64,000 nt of DNA from Candidatus Gastranaerophilales bacterium (GCA_944323475.1 CALUSQ010000004.1:36270-100269); one strand, 5' to 3'; positions 28,993 through 40,000 are shown, counted from the stretch's first letter. Numbers and translations: made by a program. The notes: a model not told the origin generated them from the sequence alone.

Positions 28993-30132
28993 ATGTCAAA
29001 CATGGAATTCACTATAGAAAAGGAAACACTTCTTACAAATTTAAAAATAGTAGAAAAAACTACAGTTGTGAGAGGGATTCAACCTGTTTTATCTAATATT
29101 TTAATAAATGCATCTTCTGACAATTTTATAACTTTTTCTGCAACAGACCTTGATATAAACATAATGTCAAAAGCAATAGCCTCTGTTCAAACTCCAGGTA
29201 AAATTACATTACCGGCAAAAAAACTTTCAGAAATTGCATCAAAACTTAGTAACAAACCTGTTGTTTTTTCTTTAAATGAAGACACAAATGTCGTTACTAT
29301 TTCCTGCGGAAATTCTAAATTTGAATTGATTGGAATATCCGCTGATGAATTCCCTTCAACAATAAATGAAGAAGAATTGAAAGAAAAAGAGTGTGTAGAA
29401 ATTGACTTGAATCCTTTTATAAAATCAGTGAAATATACAGCTTTTTCTGCTGCCAATTATGAAAACAGAAATATAATAAGCGGTGTATTTTGTTCAATTT
29501 CAAAAGAAAGTTTGGAAATGGCAGCAACAGACGGTAACCGTTTGACAAGAAATGTTGAAAAAATTACAAATGAAAAAGATACAAATATCAGCTGCGTAAT
29601 TCCTTCAAAAACTCTTCAAGAATTTTTAAGAATAGCTTCCTTTCTAAAAGATTTGAATGAAGAAAAATTGTGTTTAATTATTGAAAAAACAAGAATTATT
29701 TTTAAAACATCATCAATGATTATGTCTTCAAGACTTTTGGAAGGTGAATATCCTCCATACAAACAACTCATTCCTCAACAGTGCGAAAAAAATGCAGTTG
29801 TAAAAAGAGATGAAATGATATCTGCTCTTGAAAGAGTAGCTGTTATGGTAAATGAAAGAACAAATATAGTTCGCTTTATTTTTGGAGAAAATACTCTTTT
29901 CTTAAAATCTGATACTCCTGATGCCGGTCTTGGAGAAGACTCTATAGGTATTGAATATACAGATGAAGAATTAACGATAGCTTTCAATTACCGTTATGTT
30001 TTAGAAACTCTTAAAATAATGGAATCAGAAAAAATTCATATCGGTTTAGGCGGTAGTTTATCAGCAACATTATTCAATCCAGTAAGTGATGATGATTATC
30101 TTTGTTTGATAATGCCTATTCAAATAAGATAA
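28993..30132 (+). CDS. dnaN: DNA polymerase III beta sliding clamp
   Basis: 379 aa with GGGAG RBS. Three-domain clamp pattern: ILSNILI, ATDGNRL, SRLLEGEYPPYKQLIP, and a ...PIQIR C-terminus. Confidence 0.9.
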   Translation: MSNMEFTIEKETLLTNLKIVEKTTVVRGIQPVLSNILINASSDNFITFSATDLDINIMSKAIASVQTPGKITLPAKKLSEIASKLSNKPVVFSLNEDTNVVTISCGNSKFELIGISADEFPSTINEEELKEKECVEIDLNPFIKSVKYTAFSAANYENRNIISGVFCSISKESLEMAATDGNRLTRNVEKITNEKDTNISCVIPSKTLQEFLRIASFLKDLNEEKLCLIIEKTRIIFKTSSMIMSSRLLEGEYPPYKQLIPQQCEKNAVVKRDEMISALERVAVMVNERTNIVRFIFGENTLFLKSDTPDAGLGEDSIGIEYTDEELTIAFNYRYVLETLKIMESEKIHIGLGGSLSATLFNPVSDDDYLCLIMPIQIR

Positions 30133-30190
30133 TTTAAAAATTTTACCAATATGTTATAATTCTTTTTGTTAAGAAAACAGGGATTTTATT

Positions 30191-31045
30191 ATGACACAGG
30201 TAAAATTTACAAAAATGCACGGTGCCGGTAATGATTTTATTTTGATGGATTACGGCGAATATAAAAAAATAGAAAATAAATTTCCTCAAATTGCAGTGAA
30301 ATTGTGTGATAGACATTTTGGTATTGGTGCAGACGGTATTTTTGTTCCTGTAGAAGATCCTAAAACATATTCTGACTTGGAATGGCTGTTTTACCAACCC
30401 GATGGTTCTACTGCTCAAATGTGCGGTAATGGAATGAGATGTTTTGCTCGTTTTTGTTTTGATAAAAAAATAGTAAACAAAAGAAAATTTACTGTTCATA
30501 CAGGCGCAGGAAAAATTGTTCCTGAAGTTCTTGAAGATATGAGAGTTAAAGTGAATATGGGTAAACCTATTTTAGAATCAGAAAAAATACCGTTCAAAGG
30601 AGATAAAAATTTGAATTATCCTTTATGGGACGGTATGAAAAAATTTGTTGTAAATGCAGTGAGTATGGGAAATCCTCATTGTGTTATTTTTGCAAAAGAT
30701 GATGAAGATATTAATGAATTAGCTAAAAAATATGGTGAAAAAATAGAAAAAGACAATCTTTTTCCAGAAAAAACAAATGTAGAATTTGTAAAAGTTCTTT
30801 CTCGTAATGAAATAAATGTTGCAGTTTGGGAAAGAGGTTGTGGTATAACACTTGCTTGTGGAACAGGAGCATGTGCGAGTGTAGTTGCTGCTATTTTGAA
30901 CGGTTTGTGTGACAACAAAGTCAAAGTAAATCTTCCCGGTGGTGTATTAACTATTGAATGGGCAGGCAATTCACAAAATACTGATTTTGATGTATTTATG
31001 ACAGGTGAAGCAGAATATGTTTATACAGGTGTTATAGATATTTAA
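30191..31045 (+). CDS. dapF: diaminopimelate epimerase
   Basis: 284 aa with KMHGAGNDFIL, MCGNGMRCFA and ACGTGACA (both catalytic Cys motifs). Confidence 0.9.
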   Translation: MTQVKFTKMHGAGNDFILMDYGEYKKIENKFPQIAVKLCDRHFGIGADGIFVPVEDPKTYSDLEWLFYQPDGSTAQMCGNGMRCFARFCFDKKIVNKRKFTVHTGAGKIVPEVLEDMRVKVNMGKPILESEKIPFKGDKNLNYPLWDGMKKFVVNAVSMGNPHCVIFAKDDEDINELAKKYGEKIEKDNLFPEKTNVEFVKVLSRNEINVAVWERGCGITLACGTGACASVVAAILNGLCDNKVKVNLPGGVLTIEWAGNSQNTDFDVFMTGEAEYVYTGVIDI

Positions 31046-32001
31046 TGTCAAAAATATTAGAAGTAAAAAATTTAAATATAGGTTTTGATTTAATAGATGG
31101 TTTTAAACAGGCTATTTATAATGTGAGTTTTTCTTTAGAAAAAGGAAAAACACTTGCTATTGTTGGTGAATCTGGTTGTGGAAAAACAATCTCAACAATG
31201 TCTGTTTTGCAGCTTTTACCGGAAACTGCAAAAATAAAAAGTGGTGAAATTTTTTATAACGGCGAAAATATTCTCTCTTTTTCACAAAAACAAATGCAAA
31301 AAATTAGAGGAAAAAAAATTGCGCTTATTCCTCAAGATCCTATGACTTCATTAAATCCTTTGTATACAGTAGGTAATCAACTTTTAGAAGTCATAGAGTT
31401 GCATCAAGGATTGAAAGGCAAAGAAGCATATGATGTTGCTGTAAATTCTTTAGAACGAGTAAAAATTCCTGATGCAAAAGAAAAAATGAAATCTTATCCT
31501 CATGAATTTTCCGGAGGAATGAAACAAAGAGTTATTATAGCAATGGCACTTGCATGTAATGCAGAAATTATTATTGCAGATGAACCGACTACTGCTTTAG
31601 ATGTTACAGTACAAGCACAAATTATGGATATATTACATGAGGTAAAAGAAAAATATGGTTTGTCAGTTATTTTAATTACTCATGATCTTGGTATTGTTGC
31701 TCAAAATGCAGATAAAGTTGCTGTGATGTATTCGGGAAGAATTGTAGAATATGCTGATGTTGAAGAACTTTTTAAAAATCCAAAACATCCCTATACAAAA
31801 GCTCTTTTGAATGTAATTCTTGATGTAAATTCTACAAAAGTTGAAACTATAGAAGGACAACCTCCATCAATAACAGATGAGATAAAAGGATGTCCTTTCC
31901 ATCTAAGATGCAAAGATTGTATGGATATTTGTAAAAAAGAAGAACCTGTTTTAAAACAAATCAACGAAGAATCTCAAACAGCGTGTCATTTATATGATTA
32001 G
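31045..32001 (+). CDS. ABC transporter ATP-binding protein, oligopeptide/dipeptide (OppD/DppD) type
   Basis: 318 aa. Walker A GESGCGKT, signature FSGGMKQR, Walker B IIIADEPTTALD, and a Cys-rich OppD-type C-terminus. The ATG shares one nt with the dapF TAA. Confidence 0.85.
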   Translation: MSKILEVKNLNIGFDLIDGFKQAIYNVSFSLEKGKTLAIVGESGCGKTISTMSVLQLLPETAKIKSGEIFYNGENILSFSQKQMQKIRGKKIALIPQDPMTSLNPLYTVGNQLLEVIELHQGLKGKEAYDVAVNSLERVKIPDAKEKMKSYPHEFSGGMKQRVIIAMALACNAEIIIADEPTTALDVTVQAQIMDILHEVKEKYGLSVILITHDLGIVAQNADKVAVMYSGRIVEYADVEELFKNPKHPYTKALLNVILDVNSTKVETIEGQPPSITDEIKGCPFHLRCKDCMDICKKEEPVLKQINEESQTACHLYD

Positions 32002-32141
32002 TTTTTTAATTTTATAGAAAAAACATCCTTATAAACTATTTGTAAAAAGACCATTTTTATGGTAGTGTTTCATTGAGAAATTGATGGTTTCGACGTATTA
32101 CAAAACACGATATACTCAGTTTATTAAAAGGAGAAAAAACA

Positions 32142-34808
32142 ATGACAGAAAAACGAGTATGGCTATTCGAAGAAGGTAATGCAAACATGCGTAATCTTCT
32201 CGGTGGTAAAGGTGCAAACCTTGCTGAAATGACAAATTTGGGACTTCCTGTTCCTCCGGGATTAACAATCACTACAGAAACTTGTATGGATTATATTAAC
32301 CACGGCAACAAAATGCCAGCCGGAGTTATGGACGAAGTTAAAGCAGCTTTGAAAAAAGTTGAAGAAAAAGCAGGTAAAAAGTTTGGTGATCCAGAAAACC
32401 CATTGCTAGTTTCTGTTCGTTCAGGTGCTAGACTTTCAATGCCTGGTATGATGGAAACAATTTTGAACTTGGGTATGAATGACCAAACAGTTGAAGGTAT
32501 GATTAAACTTACTAACAACCCAAGATTCTGCTATGACTCTTACAGAAGATTTTTGACAATGTTCGGCTCTGTTGCTTGGGACATTGAAAGAATGAAATTT
32601 GAAGAATATATCGATAAAATTAAAACAGAAAAAGGCTACAAACTTGACGTAGAACTTACTGCAGAAGATTGGAAATCTTTAATTGAACCTTACAAAGCTC
32701 TTATTAAAGCAGAAACAGGTAAAGAATTCCCACAAGATCCATTTGTACAATTAGAAGAAGCTATCGAAGCTGTATTCCGTTCATGGAACATTCCTCGTGC
32801 TGTTGCTTATAGAAACCACTACAAAATTGATCACAACTATGGTACAGCTGTAAATGTTCAAACAATGGTATTCGGTAACATGGGTGATGATTGTGCAACA
32901 GGTGTATCTTTCACAAGAAACCCATCTACAGGTGAAAACAAATTCTATGGCGAATATTTAACAAATGCTCAAGGTGAAGACGTTGTTGCTGGTATCAGAA
33001 CACCTCATCCTATCGCAGATTTGGAAAAAGAAATGCCAGAACAATACAAACAGTACGTTGAAATTGCTAAAAAACTTGAAGAAGGCTACAGAGACGTACA
33101 AGATATGGAATTTACTATTGAAAGAGGTAAACTCTATATTCTTCAAACAAGAAACGGTAAAAGAACAGCTAAAGCTGGTGTAAGAATTGCTGTAGAAATG
33201 GCTGAAGAAGGTATTATTTCAAAAGAAAGAGCAATCGAACTTGTTGATGCAAACCAATTGTATCAAGTATTGCTTCCTGACTTTGACCCTGCAGCTAAAA
33301 AAGAAGCTCACAAAATCGCTCAAGGTTTAGCAGCTTCTCCAGGTGCAGCTGTTGGTAAAGTTGTATTTGATACAGAAGAAGCAGCAGAAAGAGGAAAAGC
33401 AGGCGAAAAAGTTATTCTTGTTCGTCTAGAAACTTGTCCTGATGATATCCACGGTATGATTGCTTCTCAAGGTGTTTTAACACTAAGAGGCGGTATGACA
33501 TCTCACGCAGCCGTTGTTGCTAAAGGTATGGGTAAACCATGTGTAGCTGGTTGTGAAGACTTGAAAATCGATCTTAAAAACGAAACTTTAACAGATGCTA
33601 GCGGTCAAGTTTACCACAAGGATGATATCATTTCTCTTGATGGTGGTACAGGTGAAGTTATGGCTGGTTCTGTACATCTTGTTCCACCAAAAATGGATGA
33701 AAACTTCCAAAAACTCTTTACTTGGGTTAACGAAGTTAAACAACTTGGTGTTCGTGCAAACGCAGATACTCCTGCTGACGTTGCAAAAGCTCTTGAATTT
33801 GGTGCAGAAGGTGTTGGTCTTTGCAGAACAGAACACATGTTCATGGCTCCTGAAAGATTGCCTTGGGTACAAAAAATGATTATTGCTGAAAATCTTGAAC
33901 AAAGAAAAGAAGCTTTGAGCCACTTGCTTCCAATGCAATATCAAGATTTCTATGATATGTTCAAAGCAATGGGTGAAAAACCAATGACTATCAGACTTCT
34001 TGATCCACCACTTCATGAATTCTTGCCTTCTAAGGAAGAATTAATAGCAACTGTTGCAAGAAAGAAAGCTCTCAATGAAGACTGCAAAAAAGATGAAGAA
34101 ATGCTTCACCTTGTTGAATCTATGTCAGAATTGAACCCAATGATGGGTCTTCGTGGATGCCGTCTTGGTTTAACATGGCCAGAAATCAACGAAATGCAAG
34201 CTAAAGCTATCTTCTCTGCAGCTTGTGACTTGAAAAAAGAAGGTCTTAACGTAAAACCTGAAGTTATGATTCCTCTTGTTGGTCATGTTAATGAGCTTAA
34301 AGAAGCTAGAGCTGTTGTAGAAAAAGTAGCTAAAGAAGTTATGGAAGAAAAAGGCGTAACTGTTGAATACAAAATCGGTACAATGATTGAAATTCCTCGT
34401 GCCGCTTTAACAGCAGACAAAATTGCTGAATATGCAGAATTCTTCTCATTTGGTACAAACGATTTGACTCAAATGACATTTGGCTACTCAAGAGACGATG
34501 CTGAAGGTAAGTTCCTCAACAGATATGTTGATAACAAAATCCTTCCTGCTAACCCATTTGCAACACTTGATCAAGAAGGTGTTGGTCAATTGATGCAAAT
34601 CGCTTTAGAAAAAGCTTTGCCGGTTAGACCTGATCTAAAACGCGGTATCTGTGGTGAACACGGTGGTGATCCTGCTTCTGTTAAATTCTGCCACAGAATT
34701 GGTTTGAACTATGTTTCTTGCTCACCATTTAGAGTTCCACAAGCCAGACTTGCTGCAGCTCAAGCGGTGATTGAAGAAAAACAAGCTAAAGAAGCTTGCA
34801 AAGCATAG
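32142..34808 (+). CDS. ppdK: pyruvate, phosphate dikinase
   Basis: 888 aa. LLGGKGANLAEM, GGMTSHAAVVA (phosphohistidine), FSFGTNDLTQMT and CGEHGGDP. Confidence 0.95.
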   Translation: MTEKRVWLFEEGNANMRNLLGGKGANLAEMTNLGLPVPPGLTITTETCMDYINHGNKMPAGVMDEVKAALKKVEEKAGKKFGDPENPLLVSVRSGARLSMPGMMETILNLGMNDQTVEGMIKLTNNPRFCYDSYRRFLTMFGSVAWDIERMKFEEYIDKIKTEKGYKLDVELTAEDWKSLIEPYKALIKAETGKEFPQDPFVQLEEAIEAVFRSWNIPRAVAYRNHYKIDHNYGTAVNVQTMVFGNMGDDCATGVSFTRNPSTGENKFYGEYLTNAQGEDVVAGIRTPHPIADLEKEMPEQYKQYVEIAKKLEEGYRDVQDMEFTIERGKLYILQTRNGKRTAKAGVRIAVEMAEEGIISKERAIELVDANQLYQVLLPDFDPAAKKEAHKIAQGLAASPGAAVGKVVFDTEEAAERGKAGEKVILVRLETCPDDIHGMIASQGVLTLRGGMTSHAAVVAKGMGKPCVAGCEDLKIDLKNETLTDASGQVYHKDDIISLDGGTGEVMAGSVHLVPPKMDENFQKLFTWVNEVKQLGVRANADTPADVAKALEFGAEGVGLCRTEHMFMAPERLPWVQKMIIAENLEQRKEALSHLLPMQYQDFYDMFKAMGEKPMTIRLLDPPLHEFLPSKEELIATVARKKALNEDCKKDEEMLHLVESMSELNPMMGLRGCRLGLTWPEINEMQAKAIFSAACDLKKEGLNVKPEVMIPLVGHVNELKEARAVVEKVAKEVMEEKGVTVEYKIGTMIEIPRAALTADKIAEYAEFFSFGTNDLTQMTFGYSRDDAEGKFLNRYVDNKILPANPFATLDQEGVGQLMQIALEKALPVRPDLKRGICGEHGGDPASVKFCHRIGLNYVSCSPFRVPQARLAAAQAVIEEKQAKEACKA

Positions 34809-34830
34809 TTTATAAACAATAAACTTAAAA

Positions 34831-34861
34831 GACCTCGTAAGAAATTACGGGGTCTTTTTTT
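34831..34861 (+). terminator. rho-independent terminator after ppdK
   Basis: gacctcgtaa-gaaa-ttacggggtc hairpin followed by T7. Confidence 0.8.
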
Positions 34862-35106
34862 GCATGCTTAATAAAAAAAATAATTAAAAAATTATACTTT
34901 AGTATTGGAAACTTCTAACTTTTTAAGTATGTAGAATAAGCCTGAAAAGCCGTAGTATGTATGTGTAAGAGGAATGCCATCCCCTCTAAACTCATAAAAC
35001 ATAAGCTTTTTGAGCTTCTGGTTTGCGTGTAATGCAATAGTGAAGCTTAATAGGCCTTGTTAGAGTACACGGAAGTAAAAAACTCTCTCAGAAAGGAGCT
35101 ATCACT

Positions 35107-36015
35107 ATGGCTATTATTGTAAACACTAACATCACTGCGTTAAAAACACAAAAGAACTTAACAAACGCAACAAACGGTTTGAATCAGGCATTAGAAAGAA
35201 TGTCTACAGGTTACAAAATTAACAAAGCTGCAGACGATGCTGCCGGTTTGTATGTAGCAACAGGTTTAGATACACAAATTAGGGGTTCAAAAGTAGCACA
35301 ATCAAACGCTACAACCGGCAGCAACGTATTGCAAACTATGGAAGGTGACTTAGATAACATCTTAACAAACTTGCAACGTATCAGAGACTTGGCTACTCAA
35401 GCAGCAAACAGTATCTATGATGAAAAAGCTATGACAGCAATGAGTGAAGAAGTTAATTTACGTATTGCTGAAATTGAAAGAATTTCTTTAGCCTCAAACT
35501 TTAATGGTTTGACATTATTAGATGGTCAATCAGATCTTACAAAAAATGGTTTGAGATTACAAGTTGGTGCAAACGCTGATGCAGCAGCAAACTCAATAAA
35601 GATTGATAAATCTTTATTTGAAAAAACAGATGCAACTACATTAGGTGCAGGTGCTGATACAAACGCAGGTTCAACTGTTACAGGTACTGATACAGTAGCA
35701 ACCGGTGCTGAAAAAGCTTTCCTTGCAGCAACCGCAGCAGCTAGTTACATTGCAGTTCTTGATACAGCAATTGATACAATTTCTACTCGTAAGTCAACAA
35801 TTGGTGCTGTTATGAACAGACTTGAATCAGCAGAAACATCTCTTGTTACAACAATTGAAAACGCAACAGCTGCAAAATCAACAATCATGGATGCTGATAT
35901 TGCTGAAGAATCTGCTGAATATACAAAACAACAAATTCTACAACAAACTTCATCAGCTTTGTTGGTACAAGCAAATGCTCTTCCACAAATCGCTATTCAG
36001 CTTGTACAAGGTTAA
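35107..36015 (+). CDS. fliC: flagellin
   Basis: 302 aa with AAAGGAG RBS. N-domain reads MAIIVNTNITALKTQKNL...ERMSTGYKINKAADDAAGL. C-domain reads DADIAEESAEYTKQQILQQTSSALLVQANALPQIAIQLVQG. Confidence 0.9.
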   Translation: MAIIVNTNITALKTQKNLTNATNGLNQALERMSTGYKINKAADDAAGLYVATGLDTQIRGSKVAQSNATTGSNVLQTMEGDLDNILTNLQRIRDLATQAANSIYDEKAMTAMSEEVNLRIAEIERISLASNFNGLTLLDGQSDLTKNGLRLQVGANADAAANSIKIDKSLFEKTDATTLGAGADTNAGSTVTGTDTVATGAEKAFLAATAAASYIAVLDTAIDTISTRKSTIGAVMNRLESAETSLVTTIENATAAKSTIMDADIAEESAEYTKQQILQQTSSALLVQANALPQIAIQLVQG

Positions 36016-36049
36016 TAATAAACCATACATTTTACAAATACTTCTTTCT

Positions 36050-36080
36050 GAGCCCTCGCAAGAGGGCTCTAAATTTTTTT
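36050..36080 (+). terminator. rho-independent terminator after flagellin
   Basis: gagccctc-gcaa-gagggctc hairpin followed by taaattttttt. Confidence 0.7.
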
Positions 36081-36105
36081 AAAAAAACCTTAAAACCCTT
36101 TAAAC

Positions 36106-36134
36106 TTGTCAGTTTGGTATGTTGAAGATATAAT
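36106..36134 (+). promoter_or_regulatory. sigma70-like promoter for the FtsB/DivIC-like gene
   Basis: TTGTCA (36106-36111), 17 nt spacer, TATAAT (36129-36134). Confidence 0.55.
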
Positions 36135-36193
36135 ATCATTAATATTGCATCTAGCAATTTTGGTTGAGCAAGGAAATAGGGACAGGGTTTTTT

Positions 36194-36592
36194 ATGAATA
36201 GACCTGACTTAATTGAAAAAACACAAAAAAGAAACAAAAAACGTAAAAATAATATTCGTTTTTATTATTCTTTTTTAACAATTTTGCTTTTAATTTGTCT
36301 TGTTCACATAGGTATAAGTGCTTTTCAAAATATAACAAAAAGTATTAGCTATCATGGCAAAATAAAAAAAATGAAAATGCTTAATCAACAAGCTTATTTA
36401 GAAAACCAAAGACTTAAAGAAGAGCTTGAAGATTTTAGTTCAATGAAAAGTTTGGAAGCTATTGCAAGGAATAATCTTAAAATGGCAGGAAAAGATGAGG
36501 TTCTTGTTATAATAAATAAACCTCAACCGGCAACTCAACAAAATACTCAATCTAAAAAAACATTAAAAAAAACTAAAACTAAAAAAGATTAA
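36194..36592 (+). CDS. septum formation initiator family protein (FtsB/DivIC-like)
   Basis: The track ORF begins at TTG 36164; I prefer the ATG at 36194. Basic N-terminus, a single TM (FYYSFLTILLLICLVHIGI), then a coiled coil ENQRLKEELEDF...LEAIARNNLKM typical of DivIC/FtsB. Confidence 0.65.
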   Translation: MNRPDLIEKTQKRNKKRKNNIRFYYSFLTILLLICLVHIGISAFQNITKSISYHGKIKKMKMLNQQAYLENQRLKEELEDFSSMKSLEAIARNNLKMAGKDEVLVIINKPQPATQQNTQSKKTLKKTKTKKD

Positions 36593-36599
36593 AAGGTAA

Positions 36600-36632
36600 A
36601 CCCCCAGATTTTTGTCTGGGGGTCATTTGTTA
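36600..36632 (+). terminator. terminator-like hairpin
   Basis: acccccaga-tttttg-tctgggggt 9-bp stem followed by a weak T tract. Confidence 0.5.
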
Positions 36633-36691
36633 AAATGTTTCGATACTAAAAGGTAAAAACCTTACGCCGTTTTTTGCGCTCTTGCGCGATT

Positions 36692-36847
36692 TTATTTAAT
36701 TGCAACCAGTTTTGCACTGATGCCCATGTCAGAATTGATCATTTTAGCACTTGCTATTGCCATTGATCTTCTTTTTTTAGCTCCTCTTAAAAGAAAAGCG
36801 ACTCCGTCGTTTATGTTGCTTGTTGATTTTTCTAATTTCTTTATCAT
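36692..36847 (-). CDS. small hypothetical basic protein (51 aa), below the ORF-track cutoff
   Basis: Minus-strand ATG at 36847 preceded by AAGGGGTG. Translates to MIKKLEKSTSNINDGVAFLLRGAKKRRSMAIASAKMINSDMGISAKLVAIK. Followed by gcgcaagagcgc and aaggt-tttt-acctt hairpins. Confidence 0.4.
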   Translation of the reverse strand: MIKKLEKSTSNINDGVAFLLRGAKKRRSMAIASAKMINSDMGISAKLVAIK

Positions 36848-37065
36848 CTAAATTGCACCCCTTAATCTTAAATATAAGACTTGCTGTATATAGTACTTAT
36901 CGGGATGATTTTTTATTTTCTTTAGTATTTTAATTTATATATTTACAATTATTTACATATTTTTTTAATAACCTTTTTTACTATTCGTAAACTTTTTGAC
37001 TATACTGCATATTTATAAGAAAATTAAAGGTATATGCATATTAGACTTGGGATTATAGTAGCTTA

Positions 37066-40000
37066 ATGTACATTAAAGAAGTAGAAATAGATAACTTCAA
37101 ATCTTTTGCAAACAAAATCACTATACCGTTTTTAAAAGGTTTTACTACTATCTCGGGACCAAACGGTTCAGGAAAAAGTAATATTATTGATAGTGTTTTG
37201 TTTGCGCTTGGCTTGTCTACATCAAGAACGCTTAGAGCTGAAAAAATTTCTCAACTCATTTCTACTCATACAAGACGTAATGAAGCCATAGTAAAAGTTA
37301 CCTTTGCCCCTGAAGAAGCAGAAGAAAAAGAGTTTTCTGTTGCCAGAAAAATCAAAAAATCTTCTCAAGGCTACAACTCGATATACTATTTGAATGACAA
37401 AATAGTTACACTTACAGATGTTCATTCTGTTTTGGAAAAATACAACATAACTCCAAACAGTTATAACGTTATTATGCAAAATGACGTTATGTCTATTACA
37501 AATTGTTCCGATGTTGAAAGAAGAAAAATTATAGATGAGATAGCAGGTGTTGCTGATTTTGATCGTCGTATTGAGCAAGCTCAAAATGAACTTGGTACGG
37601 TTGAAGCTCGTGTGCAAAATTCTCTTTTGATTTTATCTGAAGTTGAAACAAGATTAGAACAACTAAAAGAAGAAAGAGAAATTGCTCTAAAATATCAAAA
37701 GCTCAGAGATGAAAAAACGGAACTTGAAAGCAAAATTACTGCCGTAAAATATTTTGAAATCAAAAAAGGTTTGGAACATGCTCATGAAAGTATTCTTGAT
37801 TCCAATAAAAAGAAAAAAGAAGAAGAAGTAAAACTCAAAAAACTTGATGCAGAAATGCTTACGGTAAAAACAAAACTTGATGAGCTTTCTGATTTGGTTA
37901 AAGAAAAAGGCGAAGCTGAACAAATCGAAGTTAAAAAACAAGTTGAAGAAATAAAAGGTCAGGTTGACAGAAAACAAGCTGCAATAAACTTTGCTGAAAA
38001 AAATATTCAAGACAACTTAAAAACAGTTGAAAATGCCAAAAACGGTATAGAAAATTTAAATGCTAAAAACGAAAAGAATAAATTTCAAATTGAAGAAAAA
38101 GAAAAAGAAATAAAAACACTTGAAGAACAGCGAGATGCGGAAAAAGCAAAATTGTTGGAAATGCTTCAAGAAGTTGCAGGATTGAGCGAATCAGCAGATA
38201 AATATGTTGCCAAAAGAAACGAACTAAGAAAAGAATTTGAACAAGCAAAAGATGAAGAAACAAAATTAATCCAAGCAAAAGCACCGATGGAATCTGAACT
38301 GAGCAGTTTGTTAAAATCTATTGAGGATGCTAAACAAAAAATAGCTGAACTTGAAGATTTTAAACAAAACTTTGCAGGGAACAAAGATCGTGTTGAAGTT
38401 CAAGTTGAGGAGCTTGGCAAAGAGCTTGAAGATTTTAAAATCATTCAACAAAATACAATGTATGAATTGGACAAAACAAAAAATGAATTAAACGATGTTC
38501 AATATAATGTCCAAACAGCATATAGAAAAATCTCTCAAATGGAAGCTCAAAAACAAGCATTTGATGAGATGAATTTTGGTCGTGCTGTTGATACTGTTTT
38601 GAATGCAAAAATCAGAGGAGTCCATGCTACTCTTGCGCAATTGGGACAGGTTGACAAGGAATATTCTACTGCTTTAGAGGTGGCAATGGGTGGCAGAATG
38701 GCAAACATTGTTGTTGATGATGATGAAACAGCAAAAATTGCTATTGAAGTTTTGAAAAGTGCAAATGCCGGACGTGCTACATTTTTGCCATTGAACAAAA
38801 TAAATAAAGCTCCAAAATCACTCAAACTTCCAAAAGACAAAGGTGTTATTGATTTTGCTATAAATTTAATTGATTTTGATGATGAATATATCAATGTTTT
38901 CTTCCATGCGTTGGGAGAAACACTTGTTGTCGATGATTATAACAGCGCAAGAAAGCTTATCGGTCAATACAGAATGGTTACTCTAACCGGTGAATTGTTT
39001 GAAAAATCCGGCTCTATTTCCGGTGGATCTCAAAAGAAATCAGGGCTTAAATTTAGTCAAACACAAGATGATGAGTTAGCTAAATTCAAAGAAAGACTTA
39101 AAGGTTTTGAAAAACAATATGCAGAGTTGGAGCGTAAAAAAGCCGAACTTGAAGAAAAACTTGATAAAGTAAGAATTTCTTATTCAAATTCTATGACTGC
39201 TTATAATCAAGCAAAATTAGAATTATCAAATCTTCTCAAAAATTCTGAGGAAAATGAAAATAACATCAAAGAAAAAACAACTTTTATTGAAGAAACCGAA
39301 CCAAAGATTAAAAAACTTGAGCAAGAACTCGATAAAATGGAAAGTCAACACATCGAGCTTGGTGAAAAAACTCTCAAACTTGAAGAAGAGATTAAAGAAA
39401 TCGAAGAAAAAATGACTCCCGAAGAGTTAACAAACCTCAAAAAACTTACAGAAAGTACTGAAAATCAAATCAAACAATTTGAATCAAAAATCGCTTCTTG
39501 TCTTAATGATATTGATGGTTTTAACCGTGCAATTGCTTTTCAAAATGATGTAATTGAAACACACAACAAAGAAATTGACCGTCTGTACAAGGATAATGAA
39601 ACTCTTGCACAAGACAAAGAAAAATATAAAGTTGAGATTGTTGATTTGAATTCAAAAATAGAAGTTCTTGAAGTAAAAATTAAAGAACTTGGAGAAAAAT
39701 TAATTGAAATTCAAACAGAAAGAGATGCAGTAAACGAACAGTATCTTGAATTAGATAAACAAAAAAATCTTATTAATTTAAATATTGAAAAAATTGCCGA
39801 ACAAATAGAAGCTTTCAAAGCTCGTCGTCGCGAATTGGAGCCGCAGCTTGAAAATGTTAAAGAAGAACTTAAAGAAAACGGTATAGATTACACAAAACTC
39901 GAAGAAATTGAAATCTCTGTTGAAGAAATTACTGGTAAAATCCAAAGACTCCAAAAACGTATGGATGATTTGGGTGATGTTAACATGAGAGCTATAAAAT

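Noticed and set aside
33588-34016. 142-aa minus-strand ORF, plus several other 60-130-aa ORFs such as 37222-37617, 37687-38010, 30143-30499, 28398-28697, 16387-16671 and 25651-25938
   Set aside because: All lie antisense to, or out of frame within, strongly supported genes (ppdK, smc, dapF and others). Their low-complexity F/K/N/I-rich translations are typical of AT-rich shadow ORFs.
34921-34960. Sigma-28 (FliA/SigD) promoter upstream of flagellin
   Set aside because: GCCGTAGT at 34949-34956 resembles the GCCGATAA -10 element. However, the nearest TAA(A/G) elements are 8 or 21 nt away instead of ~15, so the -35/-10 geometry fails.
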